Below, in pieces: positions 40,440 through 53,835 of a stretch of 64,000 nucleotides of DNA. Made by a program: the position numbers and the translations under genes. This stretch comes from the human T2T-CHM13v2.0 reference genome, Homo sapiens, in the NCBI RefSeq assembly GCF_009914755.1, contig NC_060945.1; one strand, 5' to 3'. Each line of letters opens with the position of its first letter. Position 1 is the stretch's first letter. Below the pieces are notes generated by a model. The model did no database searches. It had not been told where the DNA came from and saw only the letters and a list, made by a program, of their open reading frames with translations.

Positions 40440-40952
40440 TGCCGAGACCAGCTCGGTTGGGGAGACCCTAACCCAGTGGTGCCAGAGGAATTAAAGACAC
40501 ACACACAGAAATATAGAGGTGTGAAGTGGGAAATCTGGGGTCTCACAGCCTTCAGAGCTGATAGCCCCTAACAGAGATTTACCCACATATTTATTAACAG
40601 CAAACCAGTCATTAGCATTGTTTCTATAGATATTAAATTAACTAAAAGTATCCCTTATGGGAAACGAAGGGATGGGCCAAATTAAAGGAATAGGTTGAGC
40701 TAGTTAACTGCAGCAGGAGCATGTCCTTAAGGCACAGATTGCTCAACCTATTGTTTGTGGCTTAAGAATGCCTGTAAGTGGTTTTCCACCCTGGGCGGTG
40801 CAGGTGTTCTTTGCCCACATTGCGGTAAACCCACAACCTTCCAGCGTGGGCGTTAGGGCCATTATGAACATGCTACAGTGCTGCCGAGATTTTGTTCATG
40901 GCCAGTTTTGGGGCCAGTTTATGGCCAGATTTTGGGTGGCTTGCTCCCAACA
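40440..40952 (-). mobile_element. MER9 solo LTR (HERV-K9 / HML-3)
   Basis: Reverse complement starts TGTTGGGAGCAAGCCACCCAAAATCTGGCCATAAACTGGCCCCAAAACTGGCC and ends CGAGCTGGTCTCGGCA; 513 bp. Confidence 0.92.
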
Positions 40953-43154
40953 TACATATCTGCATAAAAGATATCATGCAGTATTTGTCCTTCTGTTGCT
41001 GGCTTATTTCTCTTACCATAATGTCCCTGATGTACATTCATGTTGTCACAGATCACAGAATTTCTTTCTTTTAAGGCTGAATAGTATTCTATTTGATGTA
41101 TACACCATAATTTCTTTATGCAATTATCAGTCCATAGGCATTTTAATCTTTTCCACAGCTTGACTATTGTAATTAATGCTGAAATGAATATGGAAATGAA
41201 AATATATCTTCAAGATCCTGGTATCAATCTCTTTGAATGTATACCCAGATGTAGGATTGCTGGGTTATAAGGTTATTCTATTATTAATGTTTTAAGAGAA
41301 TTTCATACTACTTTTTGTAGTATCCATACCGTTTTACATTTCAACGACAAAAAAAAAACATTTAATTGCTCCACAAACCCACCAATATTTATTTATTTAG
41401 ATAATTATTTTAACAATATGAGATGACGTCTCATTGTGAATTGGATTTTTATTTCCCTAGTTATCAGTGATGTTGATCAATATTCATATAACTGGTGGCC
41501 ATATGTCTGTCTTATTTGGAGAAATGGTGATTTAAGTCTTTGGCCCATTATTTAATTGGGTTACTTAAGTGGATTTGGTGGTTATTCTTTGCTTTTATTA
41601 TGTTTTGCTGTTGAATTATAGGGGTCCCTTATATATTTTGGATAATAACCTCTTATCAGATAAATGTTAAGCAATTAGTTTTTCTCATTTTATTGATTGT
41701 TTTCTTTGCCATGCAGAAGATTTTTAGTTTGGTGTTATACCACCAGTCTACTTTTACTTTTCTTGCTTATGTTTTTACTCTCATAGCCAGTAAGTCCTTG
41801 CTAAGACCAATGCCTGGAAGCTTTTTCCTATGTATTCTTCTAGGAATTTTGCAGTTCAGATCTTAAGTTGACATCTTTAATCCACTTTGACTTGATTTTT
41901 AGGTAATATGTAAGATAAATGTCCACTTTCATTTTTTTCCATGTTGATATCTGCTTTTTCATATGTTATATATTGAAAATACTATTATTTTCCTATTGTG
42001 CATTTATGGCATCATTTTCAAAAGTCAGTTGACTGTACATGTATGGATTAATTTCTAGCCTCTTCACTCTGTCCCATTGGTCAATATGTTTGTCTGCATG
42101 CTAGTATCATACTGTTTTAGTTCCTGCAACTTTGAAGAATGCTTTGAAATAAAAAAAAGTGTTTGCTTTAGTTTTGTTCTTTATCAAGATTGTTTTCTCC
42201 ACTCAGCATTTTTGTTGTTCCATACTAATTTAAAGTCTCTTTATTCTATTTTTTAAGTAGAGATTTTGAAAGAAACTGCATTAAATCTGTAGGTCACTTT
42301 GGGTAGTATGAACATTTTTAAAAATATAATACTTCCAATCTATGAATATGGGATACTTTTTCAATTATTTGTGTATCCTACAATTTCTTTCAGCAGTACA
42401 TTATAGTTTTCCAATTACACATTTTTTATTCCTTGGTTAAATGTATTTCTAAGTATTTTAATTTTTGATGCTATGGTAAATGGGATTATCTTTTAAAATT
42501 TCTTTAAAAACAGTTTGTTGTTAGTGTGTAGAAACAAAATTGATTTTTGTATATTGATTTCTACCCTGTAAATTTACTGAACACATTTATTAAACTGGCA
42601 AGTTTTGTTGGTGGAATCTTCAGAATTTTCTACATACAAGATTATGTCATCTGTGAGCAGAGTTAATTTCACTTATTTCTTCTCAAATTGGGATGTGCTT
42701 TGTTTCTTTTTCTTGTCTAATAGCACTAGCTTGGACTTTTTGTACTATATTTAATAGAAGTACAAGAGTAGACATTCTTGTTTCTGATTTTAGAGGAAAA
42801 GCTTTCAGGGTTTTCATCTTTGAATATAATATTATCCAGAAGCTTTTGAAGGTGGCCTTTATTATTTTGAGGCAATTTCTTTTTATACAACATTTGTTAG
42901 AAATTTTTTTTAATCATAAAAGGGCATTAAATTTTGTCATTTTTTTCTTTCTGCATCTTTAAAATGACCATGTGATTTTTAGCATTCATTCTGTTAATGT
43001 AATGTATCAAATTAACTAATGTTTATATGTTAACACATATTTGCATCTTGGGGATAAATTCTACTTGGTCATGCTTTATGATTCTTTAAGTGTTCTCTCT
43101 CTGGAATTCTGTTGGCTAGTATTTTGACGAATTTTACATCTATACTGATAAGGT

Positions 43155-43617
43155 TAAGGGAGGAGACCACCCCTCATATTGTCTTATGCTCAATTTCTGC
43201 CTCCAAAGAAAAAAGAAGTGAAAACTAAAAGGCAGAAATCAAATCCACAGGCTGTCAGCTCAGTGCCACACCCTGGGCCTGGCAGTTAAAGATCGACCCC
43301 TGACATAATCGGTTATGTTATCTATAGATTACAGACGTTGTATGGAAAATCACTGTGAAAATCCCTGTCCTGTTCTGTTCCGTTCTAATTACCAGTGCAG
43401 GTGCATGCAGCCCCCAGTCATGTACCCCCTGCTTGCCCAATCGATCACGACCCTCTCACACTGACCCCCTTAGAGTTGTAAGCGCTTAAAAGGGACAGGA
43501 ATTGCTAATTTGGGGAGCTCGGTTTTTGAAGATGTGAGTCTGCCGATGCTCCCAGCTGAGTAAAGCCCTTTCCTTCTACAATTCGGTGGGTTCTTGTCTG
43601 CAGCTCATCCTGCTACG
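43155..43617 (+). mobile_element. LTR2 solo LTR (HERV-E/Harlequin)
   Basis: TAAGGGAGGAGACCACCCCTCATATTGTCTTATG...TCCTGCTACG; 4-bp TSD AGGT (43151-43154 / 43618-43621). Confidence 0.92.
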
Positions 43618-46600
43618 AGGTGTTTTGACCTACGTTTTCTGATAGTGTCTTTTTCTGGCTTTGATATCAGAGTAATATTGGCCTCATAGAATGAGTTTGG
43701 AGAAGTTCTTTCCTCTTTAATACTTTGGAAGAGTTTGAGAATGATTGTCATTAATACTTCTCTAAATATTTTATAGAATTCACCATTGAAGTAATCTAGT
43801 CCTGAAGTAATTTACCTTTTTTGTTGGGAGGTTTTTGATTAGTAATTCGGTATTCTTAATAGTTAGTATTATCTTCAAATTTTCTATTTCTTCATGATTC
43901 ATTGTTGGTAGGTTACATCTTTCATGGAATTTATCTATTTCTTCTAGGTTATGCCATTGTTGACATATAATTGTTCTTAGTAGTTTCTTATAATCAGTTT
44001 TACATCTGTGGCACTGGTTGCAATGTCTCTTTCATTTACATTTCCATTTACTCAAATCTTCTCTTTTTTTCTTAGTATAGCTAAAGATTTGGCAACTTTG
44101 CTTGTCTTTAAAAAGACAACTCAATTTGTTACCTCTTTTTATTGTTTTTCCGTCCTTTTTTTATATTTCTGCTCTAATCTTTGCATTTTTTTTCTTCTAC
44201 TAATTTGAGCTTAGTTTTCTCTTCCTTTTTTAGTCTCTTGGGATGTAAAGTTAGATAGTTCATTTGAAAACTTGTTTTTTTAAATGTAGGTACTTACCGC
44301 TGTAAACTTTTCTCTTAGTGCTGCTTTGATGCATGTTATAAATATTGGTATGTTGTGTTTTCATTATTGTTTCTGCAAGATATTATATTAGATTGTGTTA
44401 GATTTTTCTAATGTTGATAAGATATTTTCTAATTTTTAAAAACTTCGTGTTTGAACTATTGGTTACAAGTGTGTTGTATAGTTTTCACAGATTTGTGAAT
44501 TGTTCAGTTTTCTTCTGCTCTTGATTTCTAATTTTATTCCACTGTGGTCATAAAGACACTTGGCATGATTTCAGTCTTCTCAAATTTGTTAAGGCTTGTT
44601 TTGAGACCTAACGTGATCAATACTGGAGAATATTCTGTGTGTGCTTGAAAATAATGTTCATTCTGCTGCTGTTTTGTAAAATGTCTTCATGTTTCTATAA
44701 GTTCAATTTTCTATTTAGTATTGTTCAAATACTTGGTTTTCTCATTAACTTTCTATCCAGATATTTTATCCATTTTGAAAACGAAGTAATGAAATCTTTT
44801 ACTTTTATTGTTTTGCTGTCTACTTCTCACTTCAGTTCTGTCAATGTTTGTAACACATATTTAGGTGTTCTGATATTGGGTAAATATTATTTAAGAATTT
44901 TTTATTTTTATGGTGAATTCACTCTTTAATCATTACATAATATTTTTCTTTATTTCTTATGATATTGGTTGACTTAAAGTCTGTTTTGTCTAATATAAAT
45001 ATGGCTGCCTCTGTTCTCTTTAGATTACCATTTGCATGGACTAGTTTTTCCATTCCTTCACTTTTAGCCTATGACTGTCCTTAAATCTAAACTGAGCTCC
45101 TTGTACACAGCATATATTTGGTTCTTGTTTTTTGCTTGTTTGTGTGTTTTTAAAATGCATTTAACTATTCTATGCCTTTGAGTTGAGGAGTTTAAAACAT
45201 TTACATGTGAAGTAAACATTGATAGAAAAGTACTTAATGTTGCTATTAAATTGTTAATTTTTTTCTGTTTGCCTTGTACTTCTGTCCCCTTTCCCTCTCT
45301 TGCTATCTTTCTTTGTTTTTAGTTAATTTTCTGCAATAATATAATTTGATTCCTTTCTCGTTTTCTTTTGTGTTTCTTAAGTTTTTTAAATGATTATCAT
45401 AGGTTTACACAAAATGTTGTATAGTTATAACAGTATATTTAAGCAGATAATAACAACTTTAATGGCATACAAAACCTTTATACTTTTACACTTCCTGCTC
45501 TTCATTTTATTGCATTTATGTCACATGTTACATATTCTTATATGTTTTATCCCTTAGCATTTTTTATTTTTATTTTTATACATTAATCATTTAATTTGTA
45601 TACTAGGATTAAAAGTAATTCACGTACTACCTTTACAGTATAACATTTTGTACTGTCTATATATTTTCCTTTATCAGCTTGTTTATGCTTTCATGTGCTT
45701 TTATGTTGATGCTTAGCATCCTTTTGTTTCACCTTGAGTAACTCATTTGTTCCTTTGTGTGGATTATGTTTCCTTATTACTTTATTTTTATTTACTACTT
45801 GTTTTGGTATCGACAGATGATAAGAACAACGGCTTCCTCTCCAAGTCCTCCCAGTGTGGCCTCATATGGGAGAAGGCATTCATCATTAGCCTAGCCAGAG
45901 ATTCATGGGGTCTTTAAGACCTCTCTGTGTATGCATCCTCTCTGGACTTGTGCATGTACATTTCGAACGTGATTTTCTGCTTTCTTTTTTTAGAAATGTA
46001 TAATTTCTTGCTTCCTCTGTCATCTATCGGCTGTACCATGTGCCTTCTGGAGTAGCAGCATGCACAAACTCATTTTCCTGTTATCAGTACCCCCCAGGCA
46101 TCTACAGTGTGTCAGAATCCACCTATGCTCTGAGACAGGTGAGACTGAGTTCATTCCCTCAGGCAACCACCTAAAAAGTTTTAAATTTGACAAATGTGTT
46201 AGTCATATCTTTCTCTTCCCAGAGATAAGCCAGTCACTGGGAGTCTTCTTGACTGTGTTATGCTGAGCTGGGAGTAGGCCTCTGATGGATGAGTTTGTAC
46301 TAGCCTAAACTTTTGCCCTGTTCTTAGCGTTCAGGCATCTAGAGTATGCTAGTTCCTACCAGTGTTCCCAGGGAGTTGAGACAGAAGCCAGTCCTTGGTG
46401 CGGCCCGCTGAAAAATTGGAATGTTGCATGCCAGGTCCAATGCTTTTCCTCCCCTAGGATAAGCTGTGAAAAGAGGTTTCTTCCCAATCATGTGGCACTG
46501 TACTGAGGGACAGGCTGTGAGAGGTAAGTGCACACTTCAAGCTATTGCTGTCTTCAGTGTTCCCCAGTCATGCAGAGTGTACCTGATCTCATCAGCACTC

Positions 46601-47190
46601 TGAGACTGGAAAAACAGAAGCCAATTCCTGGGTCAACCCCACAAAATTTGGAATGTTGGCTACATCATCCAAACTCTTTCCCTCTCCAGGGAGAAACTGG
46701 AATATGGAGGTTTCTGCAAGCTCGATCTGTGCAGAGCGAGAGAAAGGGGCTATGATAAATGAATATATGCTATTAAAAATCACCATCTTTGTTCTCGGCA
46801 GCCCCCAACCTGAGATCATCTTCTGTCAGTATCACTTGGTCAGCCTCCAGAAAGTGAGAACGTTGGACATATGCTCCACTCTTTTCCTTTTCTTTTTTTT
46901 TTTCTCCAGGGAGAAACTTTGATCTAGGGTTTATCTTCACATGGTGAGGTTGTGCAATGGAGAAACATAACAGTGTGACGGTGCTTCAAATTTTCCTACC
47001 AGCTTCTATGCAGCTGGTTTTGTGTGCTAAAGTGCAGGAGCCTCTCAACTGGTTCTTGGATTTCTCATAAGGAATAGTTTTTCCTTATGTTGTGAAATTG
47101 ATGTGCCGTCTGGGAAAGCATGGCTTTGTATTTTACCTTCTTGCTGACAGCCTTCTGCAAACTTATTTTTAATTCCTGTTTGCTCTTCAC

Positions 47191-47280
47191 AAAAATTTGC
47201 TAATTTTTAACATATTTTAATTGACTAAATTTTAATTTAAAAATTTGCTAATTTTTAACATATTTAATTTACTAAAATTT
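47191..47280 (+). repeat. Tandem duplication, period ~48 bp
   Basis: AAAAATTTGCTAATTTTTAACATATTT occurs twice. Confidence 0.85.
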
Positions 47281-49904
47281 ATGTGACTCTTTTATGACTT
47301 AATTTATCTTTTTAATAAAAAGGACAAAAGTAAGTAAATAAATAATGATGATAAAATAATTACTCTGTGATTATTATAGTAATGTGTTACCTTACTGAGA
47401 TTTATCTTCAAATATTAGCTGAAGGGACAAAGAAGTGGATGATTAGTCCAGATGTAGTATAAAGCTGCAGGTTAAAAAGAAAGTGAAAATGGTAGGAAGA
47501 GGTAGCAGTGAGGGTAGAACTGAGATGAAGTATCCTGAGTGCAGTGCTTTCGGTAACACATATTTTCTTTGTTTATTTGTTATTATTCCCATACAGTCCA
47601 ACTAGTTCAGTTGTATTTTTTTTTAAAGATAGATAGCTGTGCTTCAGTATCTGGACCAGATAGAATCTTTAAGTTTCAAATTATTTTAATGGTGATTTAT
47701 GCATGAAAAGACTAAATGTTCTATACTCCATATATGATAAAATATATACTTAATATAAATACATTTCATAAAAATATGTAACTGAATATCCATGTGACAA
47801 AATTTACAAAAGAAAAAACTGTATTCATATTTTAACATGTATTGAAGTGATTATAATTTACTTAGGGGTTTGCGGATTAACAAAGGAGTACACAAGTAAA
47901 CTTTCTTTACATTACTATATTTTAGTGTAGGTACAAATAAGCACAGTTTATTTTTATTTTTTAGAAAATGCTTATTCTTTTAGAAATGCTCATTATTTAT
48001 CTGAGAATTTTTAAAAAATGCTCTGGAAGGCGCATAGGTTTCAGAAAGCACTGGCTTCTCATGCTTTAGTTATCCAAGTTTCTAAGGGGAAGTAATTTTT
48101 CTGTTGTTAAGTCTTTATACTTATTCATTTTAGTTCACCTTTTGGTTAAAATCTCTTGGATTAAACAAAACAGAAAGAAATGTCTTATCTAATGCCTTTC
48201 TCTGAGTTACATTGCAATAATATGCACACAATAAAGTAGTTTACTTACCAAGACATGAAAACTGCTTTTCAGCTAGAAATACAAATGTTCTCCTTGATTG
48301 AGTTTTAATGAAGACAGATATATACATCTGCAAATGTATATAGAGAAAGAGAGAACGCAGAGTGCTAGTACATGCATTTATGAGCCAGCAAGATGTGCAG
48401 GCTTTCTTTGTCTGATATTATTGTAACCCATGAGTTTGGATGTAAGTGAAGCATTAGTCTTACAGAGCAGCTTTTCCTACCACTCTATTTCTCTTCTTTT
48501 CAGCCTAGTGTCAAGCTTTCAAACCAAGCCCTCTTTTTCAGATTATCTGAGCTATCTATATCAGCCTTTTCTCAGCAATGAATATAAATGTTACATTATT
48601 TTCTGAAGTGTAATATTTACCACCCATATTCACTTTCTCTTTTTTTTTAGCCAAATATAGCTGTCTTTTGGTCTTTATAGACCTATACATCCATCCCCCT
48701 GACCATGAATGAATAGGCTTGGATTCAATTTCTTCAACCTAGCAACTTTGCCTGCTCTTCTGTAAATTTAAATTTGACTCCTGGCTTTGAGATTATTGCA
48801 CAAGCCTGACAATCAAATAAAACATAGTCCTTCTTCTATAAAGTGCTATTTTCTTACACATGTCCAAACACAAACACCCACAAACCCTTAAACATGCATG
48901 TATTCCACCAAATTATATCATATTAGAGTTATCTTTCTTTAGCAAAAAGTCTCTTCCAAAATATGACTACCAAAATTATTAAGTCTTTTATAAGATGAAT
49001 AAAATCAGACAGTTTAATATTTAGAGCTGATGCCTTTAATCTTTAGCATTTTGTATTTTTTTTCCCTTGACAATCTAATTTCTTCCCCACAGTTCGCCAA
49101 GGCTGTAAACTATAAGTGAAGTAGAAAGGTATGACAATCATATTACAAAATATTGAAAAGGTTAAAGTAGTAAAGCACCTTTCCCAGGATATATGAGACA
49201 TTAAGATTTTGGTATTTTATATTAGTGAAGAGATTACATTGAAAAAGGTAAATGGCACAACAAAAAGTCATTATTTTTAAACAGAAAGTTCATGAGGATT
49301 CTATATGATAATCTTTCTTTTGGTCTTGAATCTTAAATAATATTTTTATAGTAATTTTAACTTAATTTAATTTAAGCACAGCTAGAATTTATGTATGCAT
49401 ACATGTTTATAAGTTAAATATATATGTATTTATCTCACACTTTAATGTACTGTCTAGACTCACTGTAATATTGTCAATTGTCAATACAATATTCTTTATA
49501 TTAAAATAAGATTTTTGATATATTTGGGGGTTACATTCTGTATGATAGAACCCTAACTGGTTTTATTGTTAAGAGTTCAAAGGGCTTTTTAGCTGTGACA
49601 GTCCTTCCTGGATATTTGTGTTGAAGTTTGATCTCACTTACATTTCGCCTTAGCCATGTTCTCTTGCCCTAAGATCCAGATTATTACAGCAGAGGTTAGT
49701 CAATGCTCTCAAGACTTCCAACCCTGAGGACTTAATGAACGTGGCAATCTAAACACAGGAACTTGTCTAATTGATTATTTCCCAGGATGACAGTGAATGC
49801 AATTTAAGAACAAACTTTTATGGCAAGTTGTAACTGAGATTTACATTCATTCACTCAAAAGCATTACTTTAACATCTACTGTCTGCTGGGGCATTGTTCC
49901 AGAC

Positions 49905-50478
49905 AAGCAATTCTCAAAGTGTGAACCATGTTACAATACAAGGGTCTTAGAGATTAAAAAAAATCATAATAATATTATGATATCTGCTTTTTTCACTTTC
50001 CATATCTCAAGAGAATAAAGTCTTCCAGTGAAGTCTTCCAGGAGCTAAAAGATATATCACAAAAGATTGTATATAAAAACAGTTATGAGAATCTAGCTGC
50101 CTTCTAGTAAGTCAGACATTAAAGAGATGCACAAAAATATAATATAAAGCCACTATTTCTCAATAAACATTTTTGTTTGGGAAAGTGTAATCTTTAATCT
50201 TTTAAGTGTGATCTTTTAAGTAAGTTAATAAGTGTATAATTTAATTTAAGTAAGTTAATAATCTTTTAAATAAGTAAGTGTAATCTTTTAAGTAAGTTAT
50301 TTTTGCTATCATGTGTAATTATAGTTAATAACTGGAATAGAATAAGTTTAAATATTGCTAAGTTTGAATTCCTAATACCATAAATTTTGACAGCTATACA
50401 CAAAAATGACATGTGGATTCATTAATAATATTTAAGGGTATAAAGGGGTCCTGACACCAAAAGATTTGTGAGCTGCTG
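49905..50478 (+). mobile_element. hAT-Charlie DNA transposon (MER119-like)
   Basis: TTCTCAAAGTGTG start; internal TATGAGAATCTAGCTGCCTTCTAGTAAGTCAGACATTAAAGAGAT; end GGGGTCCTGACACCAAAAGATTTGTGAGCTGCTG. Confidence 0.75.
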
Positions 50479-50822
50479 TTCTAGGTTCTAGAATCTTAAT
50501 CAGTTTTCTTCTCCTGTTCTCATGAATCCATTATGGAAGTAGTATAGACTATTTTAGAATGATCCTTAGCTATATTACTGTTATTTCCTATTTTAAGCTT
50601 TGAGAAAAACTTGTTTTCAACTCTCAAGCAGTTCATGCCAGTTCCTGGAATAAAAAGAACATCTGGGAAAAATCCCAATTAGTGTTGTTTTGTCCTAGTT
50701 CTCTTATTTCCAGTTTTTCCTTAGAGATACAAACGAAAGACCCCTAATTATAGATTTTAAAGTTTTCCTTATCCTCTTCCATTTGGCTACTAGGTGATTC
50801 TACTGTGTAAAAACTTAGCTCC

Positions 50823-50966
50823 ACCTTTGCACAGTGGAAGTATGCTAGCTGATGAGGTTTATCTGAGGTGCAAGTATTGCTAATTCAAAACTTTTCCCAA
50901 TACCCGGCCATGATGACTTGAAATATGGTCGACATTGGCAATTTTCGACAGTCTCTGCAGAGAATG
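50823..50966 (+). pseudogene. Full-length retroposed U4 snRNA pseudogene (RNU4-2-like)
   Basis: ACCTTTGCACAGTGGAAGTAT...GAGGTTTATCTGAGG...TATTGCTAATTCAAAACTTTTCCCAATACCC...GGCAATTTTCGACAGTCTCT aligns along all of U4. A-rich tail at 50981-51010; TSD AAAAACTTAGCTCCA (50809-50823 / 51011-51025). Confidence 0.96.
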
Positions 50967-51137
50967 AACCATCTTTGTTTAAAAAAACGAAAACAAACAA
51001 AAAAACAAAAAAAAACTTAGCTCCATGTAAAGGACTTTACATCTAACTTTGTGTTGAATGTACGGTCACATAATTTTACAAACCTCTTCCGTTTAACTTG
51101 CCCAGCTGTGTAATTAACGATGGTACAATATGCAGTT

Positions 51138-51222
51138 CTAAGACCCTTGCAAGCCAAATTACAAGTCTTCAGACCCTTACAAGTCTAAGACCCTTACACT
51201 TCTAAGACCCTTACAAGTCTAA
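51138..51222 (+). repeat. Short tandem repeat of a ~17-bp unit (CTAAGACCCTTACAAGT)
   Basis: AGACCCTT(A/G)CA occurs four times. Confidence 0.85.
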
Positions 51223-51434
51223 TTATTTTGCGTTTTTTGTTTCATATTTACTGCCCCACAAGACAATATATATCCACATTGTAATATACAAATTATATAA
51301 ATTCCAGGCCGCCCACGGTTTTTTTTTTTTTTTTCTTTTGCCATTGTGTTTTCTGGCTCTACCACTGATTTGTACACATGCCTTTCTCCTCACAAATATT
51401 TTCTCATTCGGGCATCAAGAGAAACCATTTTCCA

Positions 51435-51668
51435 CAGGCTTTGGAGAGAGACCTTGGTTGGAAGCCCAGCTCCGCCATGAACTACTTATTTGATCTCTGG
51501 CATGTTATCAGCATTTCTAGATCACTAGTTTTTCATCAATGGAATGAAAATAATTACAGTACCTGTCTTATAAATTTGTTATTAGAACAATATGGATTAA
51601 AGCATGAAACTATTTTGTAAACATTCTAGCACAATGAAAATTTTCAAGAAATGCTTGTTGTTATGATT
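51435..51668 (+). mobile_element. MIR
   Basis: GGCTTTGGAG..AGACCTTGGTT..CCCAGCTCCGCCA...TTTTCATC core pattern. Confidence 0.7.
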
Positions 51669-52494
51669 TTTTTGTTTATTGTTAAGCCACCAAACCTGAT
51701 GACTTTCATTTCTGCCCATGAATGTCTCTGTATTCTGAAATCTTTCAGTCTAAAATATGCATTAATATTTTCTTTGCAAACTTGTATGCAAGTTACTTAT
51801 GAAACAGAGCAGGCTAAGGCCGATTGGTGTTGGAATTTTTTAAATGAATACTATCATTTGTTATATGGATTTTTAAATTTCAGATATTAGTTGTGCTCTT
51901 TAAGCTGATAGGAAAATAATATTTTGGTATTTTTTTAAGATGAAAGCTGAAATTTGGAATCAGGATGTTTTTAAGTAAAGATAAAAAGGACATGCAGCCA
52001 ATCAAATCAAATCAAACTTGAGATTATAATTATGAAATAATTTCATGTGAAAATCCTAATTCCAATTTTGTCATGGACGAAGGTATCTATTGCTAACATG
52101 AAATTTGATTAAAATGTAAATTATTGTTTGAGCTAACTAATCCAAACCTAGAAAAAGTACAAAAGCATCAAAATGAAAACAGGTTTGAATGTTTGCTTTA
52201 TTGATAATTATCCCATTAATCACTACCAAACTTCAATATTTTAAAAATAAAAATCAGCCTCATGTATTTAGTTTTTTGTTTGCTTGTTTGTTTAAAAGTA
52301 AGCTCAGCTGGACAAGAAAGTAATTTTAGCAAGAAGAACCTTTGGCTAAGACCTAGTCTACCTGTCCTTGAACTTTAGACATCATATGTTCCAAAGTTAT
52401 TTCAATCAATTTTAAAATCTATGCAACAGGAAAGTAACAGTATGTTCTATTGTATGGGTTAAGTCTCACAAATAATGCACTTGCATGTATATGA

Positions 52495-52808
52495 GTTCTT
52501 TCACTTATTCAGTTCTTTTCTTAAAATATGATCTCCTCAGAGAAGACTTAATGACCACCTGTCATTAATAGCTGCTTTCACTCTCTTCATCTTACTCTGA
52601 TTTATTTTTTCCACAACAATTTTAACTCCTGAAAAATTGTATTTCTTAATTTGTTTATTGTTTATTATATATCTCCACTAGATTGTAAGCCAGTGAAAGC
52701 AAGGGTTTGTTTCTGTACTCTGCTATACATATTTCCAGCTTCTAAAAGTAGTCCTGGTATATAATAGGTTCCTAATAAATATTTGTCCAATGAATAGATC
52801 AATGAGTG
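52495..52808 (+). mobile_element. L2a 3' end
   Basis: CTCCTCAGAGAAGAC...CTAGATTGTAAGC...AATAAATATTTGTCCAATGAAT. Confidence 0.75.
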
Positions 52809-52882
52809 TATTTAGAAGTAGAATTTCATTAAACATTTTTAGAAGCATTTAACATGTTTTACATATCTTAAGATATAATTTT

Positions 52883-53182
<300 letters not shown>

Positions 53183-53689
53183 TTAATTCAACTTTGCAAG
53201 AGTGCACAAATAAATGACCGTAATGAATACATGTACATGTTTTTAAAAACTGGGTAGTCTGATTTAATGGATGTGAGCATAAACTTATTTCAGAGTTTAT
53301 TCATATTTAAGTGTCTTCCTTATAAAATACAATGAAGTTGTGAAAAGTACAGGTCTATCATTTTAAAATATTTAAGAAAAATTTAAAAAGTTGTCTAATT
53401 CATCCATTTTTTTGAAATATATGTTTTAAAATCTCAAAATAAGCACCCATTTAACTAAGTAAATATGAGTGCTAGTCATTACTGGTCAGTTACATTTTTT
53501 CCACCTTGAAAATTGTACTTGAAGTTTGAAAATAGACTAAATAACTGCAAAACTTTAAGTAAAATATATGCATATTTGCTACAAGTCTACCAAGTGAAAT
53601 TAACAAATACAACTGCTTTTAAATAATCATCTACCATTTATAATGTCATATTTTCATTTATTTAAATTCTAGGATTTATTTTTCTTGAG

Positions 53690-53835
53690 TTATAACAACA
53701 CCCCCATTTATTATTTCACAGTTTCTATCGATCAGAAGACAGGCAGAGTGTAGCTGCTTCTCTGTTCAGGGTATTACAAGGCTAAAACCAAGGATTAAGC
53801 CAGATTGCATTCTCATCTGGAGTATAGGAGCCATT
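53690..53835 (-). mobile_element. MLT1 LTR fragment
   Basis: CATTTATTATTTCACAGTTTCT...TCAGGGTATTACAAGGCT...TCTCATCTGGAG. Confidence 0.6.

Larger units (their letters stand above)
40145..47150 (-). mobile_element. Long ancient L1 (L1MA9-type 3' end through ORF2 to an L1M-type 5' region) hosting MER9 and LTR2
   Basis: Continuous degenerate L1 antisense sequence from the 3'UTR (AGATCTCCAGAATTTTTTCATCTT) through RT and EN, then a GC-richer 5' region with repeated units. Confidence 0.78.
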
